Below, one piece after another: positions 1 through 9,571 of a stretch of 64,000 nt of DNA. The notes below the pieces were generated by a model. The model saw only the letters and a program-made list of their open reading frames with translations, was not told the DNA's origin and searched no databases. Origin of the DNA: Candidatus Methanofilum arcanum (GTDB lineage Archaea > Halobacteriota > Methanomicrobia > Methanomicrobiales > Methanospirillaceae); assembly GCA_031285085.1 (NCBI GenBank), contig JAITWW010000093.1, forward strand, positions 2,851-66,850. Reading direction: 5' to 3'. A program made the translations under genes and the position numbers. Position 1 is the stretch's first letter, and the number at the start of each line of letters is the position of its first letter.

Positions 1-304
1 TTGTACGAGAAGTCTTTGCGTTCACCATCTCAAACCCAACAAACAAAAGTAATAATCCTCCTGCAATCGTAAACGCCTGAATTGAGATTCCAAACAGATC
101 TAGGAGTGATGAGCCTACAAGTGTAAAAAAGAGAAGAACAATAAAAGCAAAGCGGCATGAGTAACTTGCAATTCGTTGATGATTCTGGGCATTCATACCA
201 GAGGTAACGCTCGTGTATACCGTCATTGCAGCAATGGGATTTACTACAATGATAAGGGAAGTAAATGCATAGAGAAAAAAAGTAATGAGGTTTAAATCTG
301 CCAT
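1..304 (-). CDS. MarC/UPF0056-family integral membrane protein, N-terminal part (gene runs off the left edge)
   Basis: My own translation of the minus strand from the ATG at 304-302 gives MADLNLITFFLYAFTSLIIVVNPIAAMTVYTSVTSGMNAQNHQRIASY... It has hydrophobic helices and a VNPI motif typical of MarC-type proteins. The frame stays open to position 1. It is absent from the ORF track because no stop lies in the window. Confidence 0.5.
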   Translation of the reverse strand, partial: MADLNLITFFLYAFTSLIIVVNPIAAMTVYTSVTSGMNAQNHQRIASYSCRFAFIVLLFFTLVGSSLLDLFGISIQAFTIAGGLLLLFVGFEMVNAKTSRT

Positions 305-334
305 ATTATAATGCACCTTCCATTGTTAACTCAT

Positions 335-874
335 CTAAAGAGATTCTTCTGAAGCATAAGAAGCATAATATACCATACCTGAAAGCTCGGTGATATTGGA
401 ATAGGTAAATGTCTGCTGAGGCGTCACTACCTCAACAGTTGGGATCATTGTTTGAAATGTATGAGCAGGAAGCCAGTAAATTCCATCACCGTACACCGTT
501 GCAATGTCACTTAGCATCAGCTCAGCTTCTTCAGCTCCAACGAAAACAACAAGTGCATCCGTAAATCCAAGCATTTCCACAATATCTCTTTCAAGAGATG
601 AAGAGCCAAACACAAAAAATAAAAAATGAGTGACGCCAGTAAGTGAGTATGTTACATATACTGTTGCTGTTCCTTCACCGCAGACAATGGTAACAGAGTC
701 AATGGAGATCTGTCCAGATCCAGATATATCACTATTTTCATTCAAATCATTTGATATGACATCTGCAGGAGTTGTTCCGGTAACCATGCTTGCGCTCATA
801 ATGAGGAAAAAAAAACAGAACAGAAAAAAGATATGTACCCGGATCATCGAAATGTTCATGTACTTTTTGCACAC
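335..874 (-). CDS. hypothetical secreted/membrane-anchored protein
   Basis: This is a 179-aa ORF with an N-terminal hydrophobic signal-like segment (IFFLFCFFFLIMSASM). I recognise no family motif. The true start may be the internal Met at 859. Confidence 0.35.
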   Translation of the reverse strand: MCKKYMNISMIRVHIFFLFCFFFLIMSASMVTGTTPADVISNDLNENSDISGSGQISIDSVTIVCGEGTATVYVTYSLTGVTHFLFFVFGSSSLERDIVEMLGFTDALVVFVGAEEAELMLSDIATVYGDGIYWLPAHTFQTMIPTVEVVTPQQTFTYSNITELSGMVYYASYASEESL

Positions 875-1110
875 GTAAGATAATATATTTTCAGGTTTGA
901 ATGCCGTATTAAGATCTTCATGACTGGAGTGCTTACCCAGAACATCTTGTGAAATGTGGTGGGTTTTATTTGTTTTTTGCTTTCATAGAGGGATTGATAG
1001 TGAATGAGCTCGAACCGTGGGAAACGTGGTCCTCTGTTCCTTTAGTTACAGCTATCTCTATACGGGTCTCCTTATCTTATTTTCCCATTGTCTTTTTTTC
1101 ACCACTTCTA

Positions 1111-1425
1111 CTAGAAGTTAGAAATCCGTTTCAATCGTTTTTTTGGCAGCTTTCCCTGTTTGGTCTTTGGTTTTTGGTGTGATAGATAATGTGGGGCGCA
1201 TCCTTGCGGTATTTCAAAATCAAATGCTTCGCAGATATCCAATTGTTTCCCTTCGAATGAGGTGACAACCTTTTCCTGGTTCGTATGTTCTAAAGCGTAT
1301 TGACCTCATCTCATCAAGTATATCCAATGGAGAAGAAAATAAGTCGCAAAGCCTGGTGCTCTCCCATATATGGTGTACATAGGAACTTAAAGTGAGGGAG
1401 ACAAAAGATGAACTCTCCTCCTCAG
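1111..1425 (-). pseudogene. degenerate, frameshifted C-terminal remnant of an IS4/IS1634-type DDE transposase
   Basis: Minus-strand translation gives ...SPLDILDEMRSIR, then after a frameshift EHTNQEKVVTSFEGKQLDICEAFDFEIPQGCAPHYLSHQKPKTKQGKLPKK... This parallels the fragment at 37997-38518 (SLDILDEMRPIRLIEHTNRAKVITPFVGAQVDICEAFGFKIPEG). The DNA of the two copies aligns by eye at clearly less than identity. Confidence 0.5.
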
Positions 1426-1432
1426 AAAATCT

Positions 1433-1446
1433 TATATATTAATATA
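1433..1446 (+). promoter_or_regulatory. candidate TATA box upstream of the cdc48-like gene
   Basis: TTATATATTAATATA lies about 20 nt upstream of the ATG at 1462. That spacing would imply a leaderless or very short-leader mRNA. Confidence 0.3.
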
Positions 1447-1461
1447 CCCTTACCTTAGGTT

Positions 1462-4164
1462 ATGGTAGATCAAAAAATTACACTCACAGTTCAAGAAGCA
1501 GTGCAACATGAAGATATAGGCCGTGACATTGCACGAATGTCTTGGGATGCAATGGAAAGACTCGGTTTATCAAGAGGAGATTCCATTGAGATTGAAGGAC
1601 TTCGAAAAACATATGCCATTGTCTATCCAGTTTCAACCTCATGGAATGATGCCCTCTTCATAGATGGAAATATCAGACGCAGAGCAGGTATTGGAATAAA
1701 AGAACAGGCGATAGTGAAACGAGTTGAAGCAAAATCTGGAAAAAAAGTAACATTTCAGATCATATCAGACACATCAGTATCAGATATAGCCCAAGTAGCA
1801 ACCTATCTCAAGGAAAATCTTGAAAATGAGTATGTCTACCCTGGAAAGATGTACAAGATTCCCATTGGACAACAACAAACAGAACCAGTTTATGAGTTAT
1901 TTCGGTCACTTGGAGGGTTTGGTGGAGGGTTTGGAAACTATGGATATACAACCTACCTTGTAGTAGCTGTTACGAAGACAGAACCAGATGGACCGGTCTC
2001 TATCTCTTCAGACACCAAGCTATCGGTAACTGATGAAAAAGAGCGGGAGCGCGCAAATGCTTCAGGCCAGAGTACAACACATGAAAAAGGAGAAAGTGGT
2101 TCATATATTCCTGACATTCACTACGAAGATATTGGAGGTCTCGATCGTGAGCTTTCACTTGTTCGCGAAGTAATAGAGCTTCCACTCCGAAACCCTGAAC
2201 TCTTTGAACGACTTGGCATAGAACCTCCCAAAGGTGTTCTGCTCTATGGTCCACCAGGAACTGGAAAGACGATGATTGCAAAGGCAGTTGCAAGTGAGGT
2301 GAATGCACACTTCATCTCGTTATCTGGCCCTGAGATCATGAACAAATATTATGGAGAAAGTGAAGGTAAACTCCGTGAAATCTTTGAAGAAGCAGAAAAA
2401 CACGCACCATCAATTATCTTCATCGATGAGATTGACTCCATTGCTCCAAAACGTGAAGAGACAAAGGGTGAGGTCGAACGGCGCATTGTTGCTCAGCTCC
2501 TAACACTCATGGATGGACTGAAAAGTCGTGGGCGTGTTATCGTAATTGGTGCAACAAACCTATCAGATAATCTCGATCCCGCTCTTCGTCGTGGGGGGAG
2601 ATTTGACAGAGAGATCGAGGTTGGAATCCCAGACATTGCGGGAAGGCTTGCAATTTTTCAGATTCATACCAGAAATGTTCCCCTTGCACTCTCAGGTATC
2701 ACCATAAAAGATGAAGAACTTAAAAATGCTGAAAAGAACCAGCTGTATCGCGTTGAGAACGAGATAGAAAATATTAATAATAAAATAAAATCAAAAGCAG
2801 AAGATGATAAAAACAATGGAAATAAGCATGACAAAGAGTTAAAAAGTCTCCACGAACAAAAAAGAGAGGTTGAAAACAGTATCAGACGCAGATTATTTCT
2901 GGAGCCATTTGCAGAACGTGCACATGGACTTGTAGGAGCTGACATTAGCCTTGTTGTTAAAGAAGCAGCAATGCATGCCTTACGACGGGCGCTTGAAAAA
3001 GTCAATCCGAAAGATGTCAAAGAAGGAAAGATCGATCAGAAACTGATCTCAGGTATTGTTGTGACACCAGATGATTTCCAGTATGGCATGATGCATGTCG
3101 AACCTTCAGCCATGCGTGAAGTGCTTATAGAAGTCCCAGATACAACCTGGGATGACATCGGTGGAATGGAAGCGATAAAGCGTGAGGTACAGGAAGCAAT
3201 AGAGTGGCCACTGAAGTACCCTCAAGTCTTTTCACATCTCAATGTGAAAGCACCAAAAGGTATTCTCCTCTTTGGAGCTCCTGGAACAGGAAAAACACTC
3301 ATTGCAAAAGCAGTGGCTCATGAAAGCGAGTGCAACTTCATCTCAGTTAAAGGTCCAGAACTTATGAGCAAATGGGTTGGAGAGTCTGAAAAGGGAATTC
3401 GAGACATATTCAGAAAAGCAAGACAAGCAGCTCCATCCATCATTTTCTTTGATGAGATAGATGCGCTTCTTCCAAAGCGAGGTTCGTACATGAGCTCAGC
3501 TCATGTAACAGAGAGTGTCGTCTCTCAGATTCTCACAGAGATAGATGGGATCGAGGCTCTCCATGATGTAACCATTATTGCTGCAACAAATCGCGCGGAC
3601 ATGATTGATGAGGCAGTGCTTCGAGCTGGAAGAATTGAACAACATATTTATGTACGACCACCAGATGCCATCGGCCGAAAACAGATATTTGATGTCTATC
3701 TCACAGATGCAGATCTCCTCTTGACATCAGATGTCAATGTGGATGAGCTTGTTGAGCGCACAGGTGGGTATGTTGGTGCAGACATCGAAGCACTGGTTCG
3801 TGAAGCGAAACGTGCTGCCATGCGTGAGTTCATTAGACTCATGGAAGGGAGAAACTCACAAGAGATCAATGAGGCTGTTCCAAACCTACGTGTTACAAAA
3901 GCGCATTTCGAAGAAGCATTCACACGTGTGCGTGCCTCATTAAACCGGGAAGCACGGGAGACATATGAACAACAAGCATGGCAGATATTATATTCCAGTG
4001 AAGAGTGTGAACTCTTAGAGGATGCCAGAAACATTATAGCCTATTGCAGAACAAATGTTGAGCATAACACATCATACAAAGAGCTCTCCCATCTCGTCTA
4101 CGAAGCTGATACAAAAGATTTTAAGGCGATTCGGAGTTTGGTTGAGAAAATAAAGACTACGTAA
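1462..4164 (+). CDS. cdc48: CDC48/VCP-type double AAA+ ATPase with lineage-specific insertions
   Basis: It has two Walker A motifs ([16 protein letters not shown]), two Walker B motifs ([16 protein letters not shown]) and a CDC48-like N-domain. At 900 aa it is longer than the usual archaeal homologues. Confidence 0.9.
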   Translation: MVDQKITLTVQEAVQHEDIGRDIARMSWDAMERLGLSRGDSIEIEGLRKTYAIVYPVSTSWNDALFIDGNIRRRAGIGIKEQAIVKRVEAKSGKKVTFQIISDTSVSDIAQVATYLKENLENEYVYPGKMYKIPIGQQQTEPVYELFRSLGGFGGGFGNYGYTTYLVVAVTKTEPDGPVSISSDTKLSVTDEKERERANASGQSTTHEKGESGSYIPDIHYEDIGGLDRELSLVREVIELPLRNPELFERLGIEPPKGVLLYGPPGTGKTMIAKAVASEVNAHFISLSGPEIMNKYYGESEGKLREIFEEAEKHAPSIIFIDEIDSIAPKREETKGEVERRIVAQLLTLMDGLKSRGRVIVIGATNLSDNLDPALRRGGRFDREIEVGIPDIAGRLAIFQIHTRNVPLALSGITIKDEELKNAEKNQLYRVENEIENINNKIKSKAEDDKNNGNKHDKELKSLHEQKREVENSIRRRLFLEPFAERAHGLVGADISLVVKEAAMHALRRALEKVNPKDVKEGKIDQKLISGIVVTPDDFQYGMMHVEPSAMREVLIEVPDTTWDDIGGMEAIKREVQEAIEWPLKYPQVFSHLNVKAPKGILLFGAPGTGKTLIAKAVAHESECNFISVKGPELMSKWVGESEKGIRDIFRKARQAAPSIIFFDEIDALLPKRGSYMSSAHVTESVVSQILTEIDGIEALHDVTIIAATNRADMIDEAVLRAGRIEQHIYVRPPDAIGRKQIFDVYLTDADLLLTSDVNVDELVERTGGYVGADIEALVREAKRAAMREFIRLMEGRNSQEINEAVPNLRVTKAHFEEAFTRVRASLNREARETYEQQAWQILYSSEECELLEDARNIIAYCRTNVEHNTSYKELSHLVYEADTKDFKAIRSLVEKIKTT

Positions 4165-4197
4165 TGCGACACACACGCATATCACAAGAGCTATGCA

Positions 4198-4680
4198 ATG
4201 ACAGACAAATTTCCAGACGGTATCCGTAGTATTGAAGAGTTGCTTTCGCATATACTTTCAAATACATTTCAAGGCAGAGAAACCGGCCCAGGGATGATGG
4301 GAATAAATATCATTATTGCAGGTGAGAATGTTCCATCAATGCCAGGTCGCCGTGAAGGAGGAAACCCCCCCCATGATAGCGATAAGCCTGAAATTGAAGT
4401 GATAGAAGCAGATGGATGGATTATTCTGACCTGTCCATTACCAGGCCTCGAAAAAGAGCACATTAAAGTCGCGTTCGGAGATGGACAGATTCACATTGTC
4501 GGATTTGATGGAGAACGTCGATATAAAACCTCTGCTGTTATTCCTGATGTTGATCTGGACTCGTGCAGACAAACACTCCACAATGGTGTGCTAGAGCTCT
4601 CCTATCGTTTAGCAAATACGGCAACTGGAGGTGTTGTCGAGACTGAGAGAGAGGAAAGCACCGGAAACATCAAGATGTAG
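4198..4680 (+). CDS. hsp20: small heat-shock protein, Hsp20/alpha-crystallin family
   Basis: The alpha-crystallin-domain pattern is IEVIEADGWIILTCPLPGLEKEHIKVAF...NGVLELSY. It lies immediately downstream of cdc48. Confidence 0.65.
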   Translation: MTDKFPDGIRSIEELLSHILSNTFQGRETGPGMMGINIIIAGENVPSMPGRREGGNPPHDSDKPEIEVIEADGWIILTCPLPGLEKEHIKVAFGDGQIHIVGFDGERRYKTSAVIPDVDLDSCRQTLHNGVLELSYRLANTATGGVVETEREESTGNIKM

Positions 4681-4755
4681 ATGTAATCGGTAACCTATTA
4701 TCCATTTTTCGCATGTATGCGTATTTTTTTGCCTCTTTTCTCTTTTCTAATGTGC

Positions 4756-5322
4756 TTACATAATACCTTGCAGCTTTAGCTCAAGAAAGTCAAGCCCACG
4801 ACGTATGTCATCCATATTTTTTCCGCCTGTGAGGATGATTTTTCCTGATGAAAAGAGAAGAGCAACTATTTTCGGATCCTGAATACGGTACACAAGACCT
4901 GGGAATTGTTCTGGTTCATACTCGATGTTTTCAAGGTTTAATGTAACAACAACCTTGTTCAGGTTGATGTAATTCCCGATATCATATGAACACACAATAT
5001 TTGTGACTGCTACCTCAGGCTCTTCATAACACTCAACACCGGCATCGCGCATTTTATCAATGATCTGAGCAAGTCCCTCGTCAAGAGCTGCATTTTCTCG
5101 AATTCCAGTAAGTACAACCTTTCCTGATGAGAAAATAAGTGAGGCCATTTTTGGCGACTCTATACGATAAACAGCTCCTGGGAAGCGTTTTGTATTGAGT
5201 TCACAGTTTTCAATTTTCGATGAAATGAGTTCTAGATCAATAGAATCAGCAACAGAGCCGGACGCCACTATATTTTCGATCTTCAGGGACTCATATTGTT
5301 TATCAGACATTCCAGATCTCAT
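4756..5322 (-). CDS. tbp: TATA-box-binding protein
   Basis: It shows the two direct TBP repeats: ENIVASGSV...FPGAVYRIESPKMASLIFSSGKVVLTG and TNIVCSYDI...FPGLVYRIQDPKIVALLFSSGKIILTG. Confidence 0.9.
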   Translation of the reverse strand: MRSGMSDKQYESLKIENIVASGSVADSIDLELISSKIENCELNTKRFPGAVYRIESPKMASLIFSSGKVVLTGIRENAALDEGLAQIIDKMRDAGVECYEEPEVAVTNIVCSYDIGNYINLNKVVVTLNLENIEYEPEQFPGLVYRIQDPKIVALLFSSGKIILTGGKNMDDIRRGLDFLELKLQGIM

Positions 5323-5479
5323 AGGATCTTTTTAACCATAATACTATCTCGTCCTCTACTATCATTAAAACACATCTATAAAAACAAATCAATTAAATTT
5401 TAATTTTAATTCATGAAGTGAGGGTCTATTATCTTAGAACCTGCACCTCCTTATAAAGTCAGACATAATTGACACAGAG

Positions 5480-7180
5480 TTGATAATGCACTACACAAAA
5501 ACTTGTTATATGCACTTTGATCTTTTCAGAGATGTCAAAGACTATGACGAACTCTGCCAGAAATTTTCAATAGATGTTCCAGAATATTTTAATTTTGGAT
5601 ATGATATCATTGATTCCTGGGCACAAACAGACAGAAATAAGCTTGCAATGATATGGGTCGATGATAAAGGAAATGAAAAAAAATTCACGTTTCGTGATTT
5701 TCGAAACCTTTCAAATGCAGCTGCAAACATCCTCTTAAAATATGGCATTGGCCGCGGAGATCGCGTCATGCTCATGTTGCATCGTGTCCCAGAGTGGTGG
5801 ATCTTTGTTATCGCGCTCATTAAGCTTGGTGCTGTAGTTTGTCCCTCGCCAACGATGCTGACAACGAAAGATCTTGAGTACCGACTCAATGCTGGCAGAT
5901 TCACAATGATCATTACGGACAAAGAAAACTCAGATAAAGTCGAGCGAATCTGTCGTGTTTGTCCAACAATAAAGCACAGAATGCTTATAGATGGAGAGCT
6001 TCCGCACTGGATCAGTTATCCATATGAGCTTCTCTATCCAGCTCCGGTATCTCGAAACAAAATAAGCTTGCCTGAGCCTATTCGAACACACAAAGATGAT
6101 CCCATGCTGATATACTTTACATCTGGCACAACTGGAGACGCAAAGATGATTCTCCATAATCATGCACACCCACTGGGGCATCTTGTCACTGCCGGGCTTT
6201 GGCAGGCATTAGATGGAAACGATCTTCATTTTACTTCATCAGATACTGGTTGGGCAAAATGTGGGTGGGGAAAGATCTTTGGCCAATGGGTTATTGGTGC
6301 ATGTGTCTTTGTCTATGACACCAGAGGGAAGTTCAATGCAACGGAGTTGCTTCCATTCATTGAAAAGTATGAGATCTCAACATTTTGCTGTCCTCCAACG
6401 ATTTATCGAATGCTTATCATTGCAGATCTCTCAAAATATGATCTACGTTCCCTTCGACATTGTATATCTGCTGGTGAGCCTTTGAACCCAGATGTAAATA
6501 GGATCTGGAAAGAAGAGACAGGTCTTTCAATTTATGAGGGATACGGCCAATCAGAAACCTGCTGTTGTATCGCAACACTGCCATTCATGAAGCATAAACC
6601 TGGTTCAATGGGGCGCCCCATTCCAGGGTGGCATATTGAGCTCCATGATGACGATGGAAAGCCTGTTGGTATAAGAGAAGAAGGAAGAATCGCAATTAAA
6701 TTAGATCCTTGGCCAATTGGACTCGGCACGGAATATGTTAATAACGCTGAAGCAAATGCGGAGTCATTTCAGAACGGGTTTTATTACACAGGAGATAAGG
6801 CCTACTGTGATGAAGATCAGTACTTCTGGTTTGTTGGAAGAAACGATGATGTGATTAAAAGTTCAGGGTATCGTATCGGACCATTTGAAGTAGAGAGTGC
6901 ATTGCAAGAGTTCTCAGCAGTGCAAGAATCAGCAGTTGTTGGCTCACCTGATCCAATTCGAGGAACAATAGTCAAAGCATTTATTGTCTTAAAGGAAGGG
7001 TACGTGCCTAGTGAACAGATGGTGCTTGATATTCAGAAACATGTAAAACGAGTGACAGCTCCATATAAATACCCACGTGAGATCGAATTTGTGAGTGAAC
7101 TGCCAAAGACAATATCTGGAAAGATTAAACGGGCAGAACTTCGGAAACTGGAAGAGGAGAAACATCGACAAAAAAATTAA
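5480..7180 (+). CDS. AMP-forming acyl-CoA synthetase (ANL superfamily)
   Basis: It carries the AMP-binding motif YFTSGTTGDAKM, plus YGQSE, GYRIGPFEVESAL and a C-terminal PKTISGKIKR. The exact start is uncertain because there are several Met codons in the first 11 codons. Confidence 0.8.
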   Translation: MIMHYTKTCYMHFDLFRDVKDYDELCQKFSIDVPEYFNFGYDIIDSWAQTDRNKLAMIWVDDKGNEKKFTFRDFRNLSNAAANILLKYGIGRGDRVMLMLHRVPEWWIFVIALIKLGAVVCPSPTMLTTKDLEYRLNAGRFTMIITDKENSDKVERICRVCPTIKHRMLIDGELPHWISYPYELLYPAPVSRNKISLPEPIRTHKDDPMLIYFTSGTTGDAKMILHNHAHPLGHLVTAGLWQALDGNDLHFTSSDTGWAKCGWGKIFGQWVIGACVFVYDTRGKFNATELLPFIEKYEISTFCCPPTIYRMLIIADLSKYDLRSLRHCISAGEPLNPDVNRIWKEETGLSIYEGYGQSETCCCIATLPFMKHKPGSMGRPIPGWHIELHDDDGKPVGIREEGRIAIKLDPWPIGLGTEYVNNAEANAESFQNGFYYTGDKAYCDEDQYFWFVGRNDDVIKSSGYRIGPFEVESALQEFSAVQESAVVGSPDPIRGTIVKAFIVLKEGYVPSEQMVLDIQKHVKRVTAPYKYPREIEFVSELPKTISGKIKRAELRKLEEEKHRQKN

Positions 7181-7248
7181 TAGATGCCAAAAACAGATAT
7201 TTCATTTTATCTTTTCACGATTTTCTAAAAAAAAGTGGGGTTTTAATT

Positions 7249-8133
7249 TTAATAACCACGTTGTTCTACTAAGATCTTTTCAAGATTGGCAATGCGCTTT
7301 TCAAGAGGAGGATGCGTTGCAAACAAACTCATGATAGACTTGCCAGAGATTGCAGGGATGATGTAAAACGCATTTGCACCCTCAACTTCCTGACGTTTTT
7401 TGGAAGGCATAGCCTCCACTGTTCCACTAATCTTTTTCAGTGCAGAGACAAGAGCCATAGGATCATTGGTGATATATGCACTTCCTCGATCTGCTGCATA
7501 CTCACGATAGCGTGAGAGAGCAAGCATCAATATTGTTGAAATAAGCCAGACAGCACCAGCAACTATTGCAATAAGAATCCAAGGAGGGCTTCCCTCCCCA
7601 CGATTTGTAAAAGAGATAAACAAAATATTGTGAACGATCATTGACGCTACCATTGCAATGAAACTTGCAAGTGTTAAAGCCAGGACATCACGATTTTTAA
7701 CGTGTGCAATCTCATGTGCTAACACCGCTTCAAGTTCATTGGTGTTCAGTACACGCATAATTGTGTCAGTAACTGCTACAACAGCACGCTTTGGGCTTCT
7801 GCCTGTTGCAAACGCATTCGCCATTGGTGATGGCATAATACCAATGCGAGGCTTGGGAACTCCAGCATCTGCACAGATACGTTCTATCATCTGATGAAGT
7901 TCAGGAGCTTCTGTCTCGCTGACAATCTTTGTTTTCGTGCTCATCAGCACTATAGAGTCAGAGAAAAAGTACTGAGCAAACGCCATCACAAAGACAAAGA
8001 GGAGGATAAGACCTATACTCACGTTAAAGTACCACAACACCGCCATAAAGGCAAGATAGATGAGGAGGAGGAGGAGCCCTGTGATAATGATTCGGGTGGT
8101 AAGACCCCAGTCACGCTTCCATACTTGTGCCAT
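7249..8133 (-). CDS. htpX: HtpX-type M48 zinc metalloprotease
   Basis: It has four predicted TM segments, an HEIAHVKNRD (HExxH) motif and a C-terminal ATHPPLEKRI. Confidence 0.85.
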   Translation of the reverse strand: MAQVWKRDWGLTTRIIITGLLLLLIYLAFMAVLWYFNVSIGLILLFVFVMAFAQYFFSDSIVLMSTKTKIVSETEAPELHQMIERICADAGVPKPRIGIMPSPMANAFATGRSPKRAVVAVTDTIMRVLNTNELEAVLAHEIAHVKNRDVLALTLASFIAMVASMIVHNILFISFTNRGEGSPPWILIAIVAGAVWLISTILMLALSRYREYAADRGSAYITNDPMALVSALKKISGTVEAMPSKKRQEVEGANAFYIIPAISGKSIMSLFATHPPLEKRIANLEKILVEQRGY

Positions 8134-8294
8134 GTTCTATAAATAGGGAGTATTAAGATAAATACTATTTCCTGTGAAAATAATGATAAATATAAGAACT
8201 TCAATTTTATTTTATATTTTAATAGAGTGAAAATGAAAGATTACATCCTATTCTTTTTTTTCCCTCTCTTCTTTCCTCCCATCAGACCCCTTTT

Positions 8295-9242
8295 TCATCT
8301 CACAAAAAACATCTCATTTGATCTTATACTAGTTGCAAATTCTTTTATGCGAGCATCTATTTTTTTTATCTCTATTGACTCATAAAAATGCTTTGTAAGA
8401 TCTGAAATAAATGTATTTGACAGTGAACATTGCTGTGAATCCCATATAATATCTTTATCAGATGGAGGATCATCTTTTAGAAATGATTTCAAAGGAATGT
8501 CGATCATATGTGTCTTGTGCAGTTCAGTCATATCACGCACAAGTCCAAGATGACCAGAATGCAACAGTCCCTCATCTGGATCTAAGAAAGCACCTTGCAA
8601 TGATGCAAATATATTGGATGATATCATGGTGTACCCAAGTGCAAGCATAAGATTTACAGGATCTTGGTATGGCGCGCTTGTTCTTCTCCGAAATGCAAGC
8701 ACAGGATCAACGAGTCGTGCATAAATTTCATAATACATATCATGCACAAGACGGTGTACTCTGCGAAGCTCATCGATCTTAATGAGGTACTCTATTTCAT
8801 GTAGTGCCTGGTACAAAATATCCATCTCCCCTGCACGAAGCAAAGAGCTTTGATCCACTTTCCACTCCTGCTCATACCATTCAATAGTTTGAATTCTCTC
8901 TTGCATCGCAGCATATGCAAACTCTTTTGCGAGATCAAAAGGGTGTTCTGTGCGCCTCAACTGAGCTGCACGAGTATCGGTATGAAGAGAGTAAGAAGGA
9001 GGAATAATCGTCCCTACTAACTCTCCAGCGGTTGTGTAGAACGAGATGAAAATATCTGCATGTATCAAATTTGAAAGAGCAGAAGTATGGAGCACATGCC
9101 CTCCATATAAAAGAAGATGATCAAGATCAGCAAGTGGGATCTCCTCAAACGCTCCATGCTGATTGATTCGTAGCGTATGTGAGCTTGCTTTTATGTGGGC
9201 CCCATTTCCTGTTATAACCTTCCAGGAAAAAAATTCGCTCAT
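8295..9242 (-). CDS. cas1: Cas1-like integrase/nuclease, stand-alone (no other cas genes in the window)
   Basis: The N-terminal beta domain pattern is IPLADLDHLLLYGGHVLHTSALSNLIHADIFISFYTTAGELVGTIIP. The C-terminal helical domain has PYQDPVNLMLALGYTM and GLLHSGHLGLVRDMTELHK, matching the conserved Cas1 P..D.VNA.LNYGY and GFLH....L..DL.E.FR blocks. The 315-aa length is typical of Cas1. Confidence 0.65.
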   Translation of the reverse strand: MSEFFSWKVITGNGAHIKASSHTLRINQHGAFEEIPLADLDHLLLYGGHVLHTSALSNLIHADIFISFYTTAGELVGTIIPPSYSLHTDTRAAQLRRTEHPFDLAKEFAYAAMQERIQTIEWYEQEWKVDQSSLLRAGEMDILYQALHEIEYLIKIDELRRVHRLVHDMYYEIYARLVDPVLAFRRRTSAPYQDPVNLMLALGYTMISSNIFASLQGAFLDPDEGLLHSGHLGLVRDMTELHKTHMIDIPLKSFLKDDPPSDKDIIWDSQQCSLSNTFISDLTKHFYESIEIKKIDARIKEFATSIRSNEMFFVR

Positions 9243-9571
9243 ATGACTGAAACCTTATCTCTTTATGGAAAATCCCGCTGTCTCTCGATATGAGTAGCAC
9301 ATATTACGAGATGATTTAATTCAACTGCTTTGATATCTTTCGTACTCTTTTCCCCCAGTCTCTCTTTATTATTTTTTCTATTGCTGTGAAACCTATTTTC
9401 TTATTTTGCATTGAACACTTCGAATCATCCTAAATCTCATCTCATTATCGATTACTCTTTGTTTTTTGGATACAAAGTATCTCTTGCGGAGATGTAACTT
9501 CTAAACAAATATCGATCTCGGTTCTGATCTCCATCTTTCCTTGATGCGCTACAGTGATGCGCTACAGATAT

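Noticed and set aside
949-1182. 77-aa plus-strand ORF
   Set aside because: It lies partly antisense to the IS transposase relic. It has a hydrophobic low-complexity translation and no start context, so it is probably a shadow ORF.
2686-2900. CDC48 D1 insertion considered as an intein
   Set aside because: It has no Cys/Ser/Thr at the N-junction and no His-Asn plus nucleophile at the C-junction. It is far too short and is purely charged and helical.
9543-9568. Tandem duplication gatgcgctacagt / gatgcgctacaga just 3' of the pgk stop, checked as a possible CRISPR or minisatellite seed
   Set aside because: There are only two adjacent copies with no spacers. This looks like a trivial slippage duplication in a 3' UTR or terminator region.
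8134-9571. Possibility that the Cas1-like gene marks a casposon or a degraded CRISPR-cas locus
   Set aside because: I saw no family-B polymerase gene and no terminal inverted repeats in the flanks. There is no Cas2-sized ORF and no repeat-spacer pattern. The gene is a single insert between htpX and pgk.
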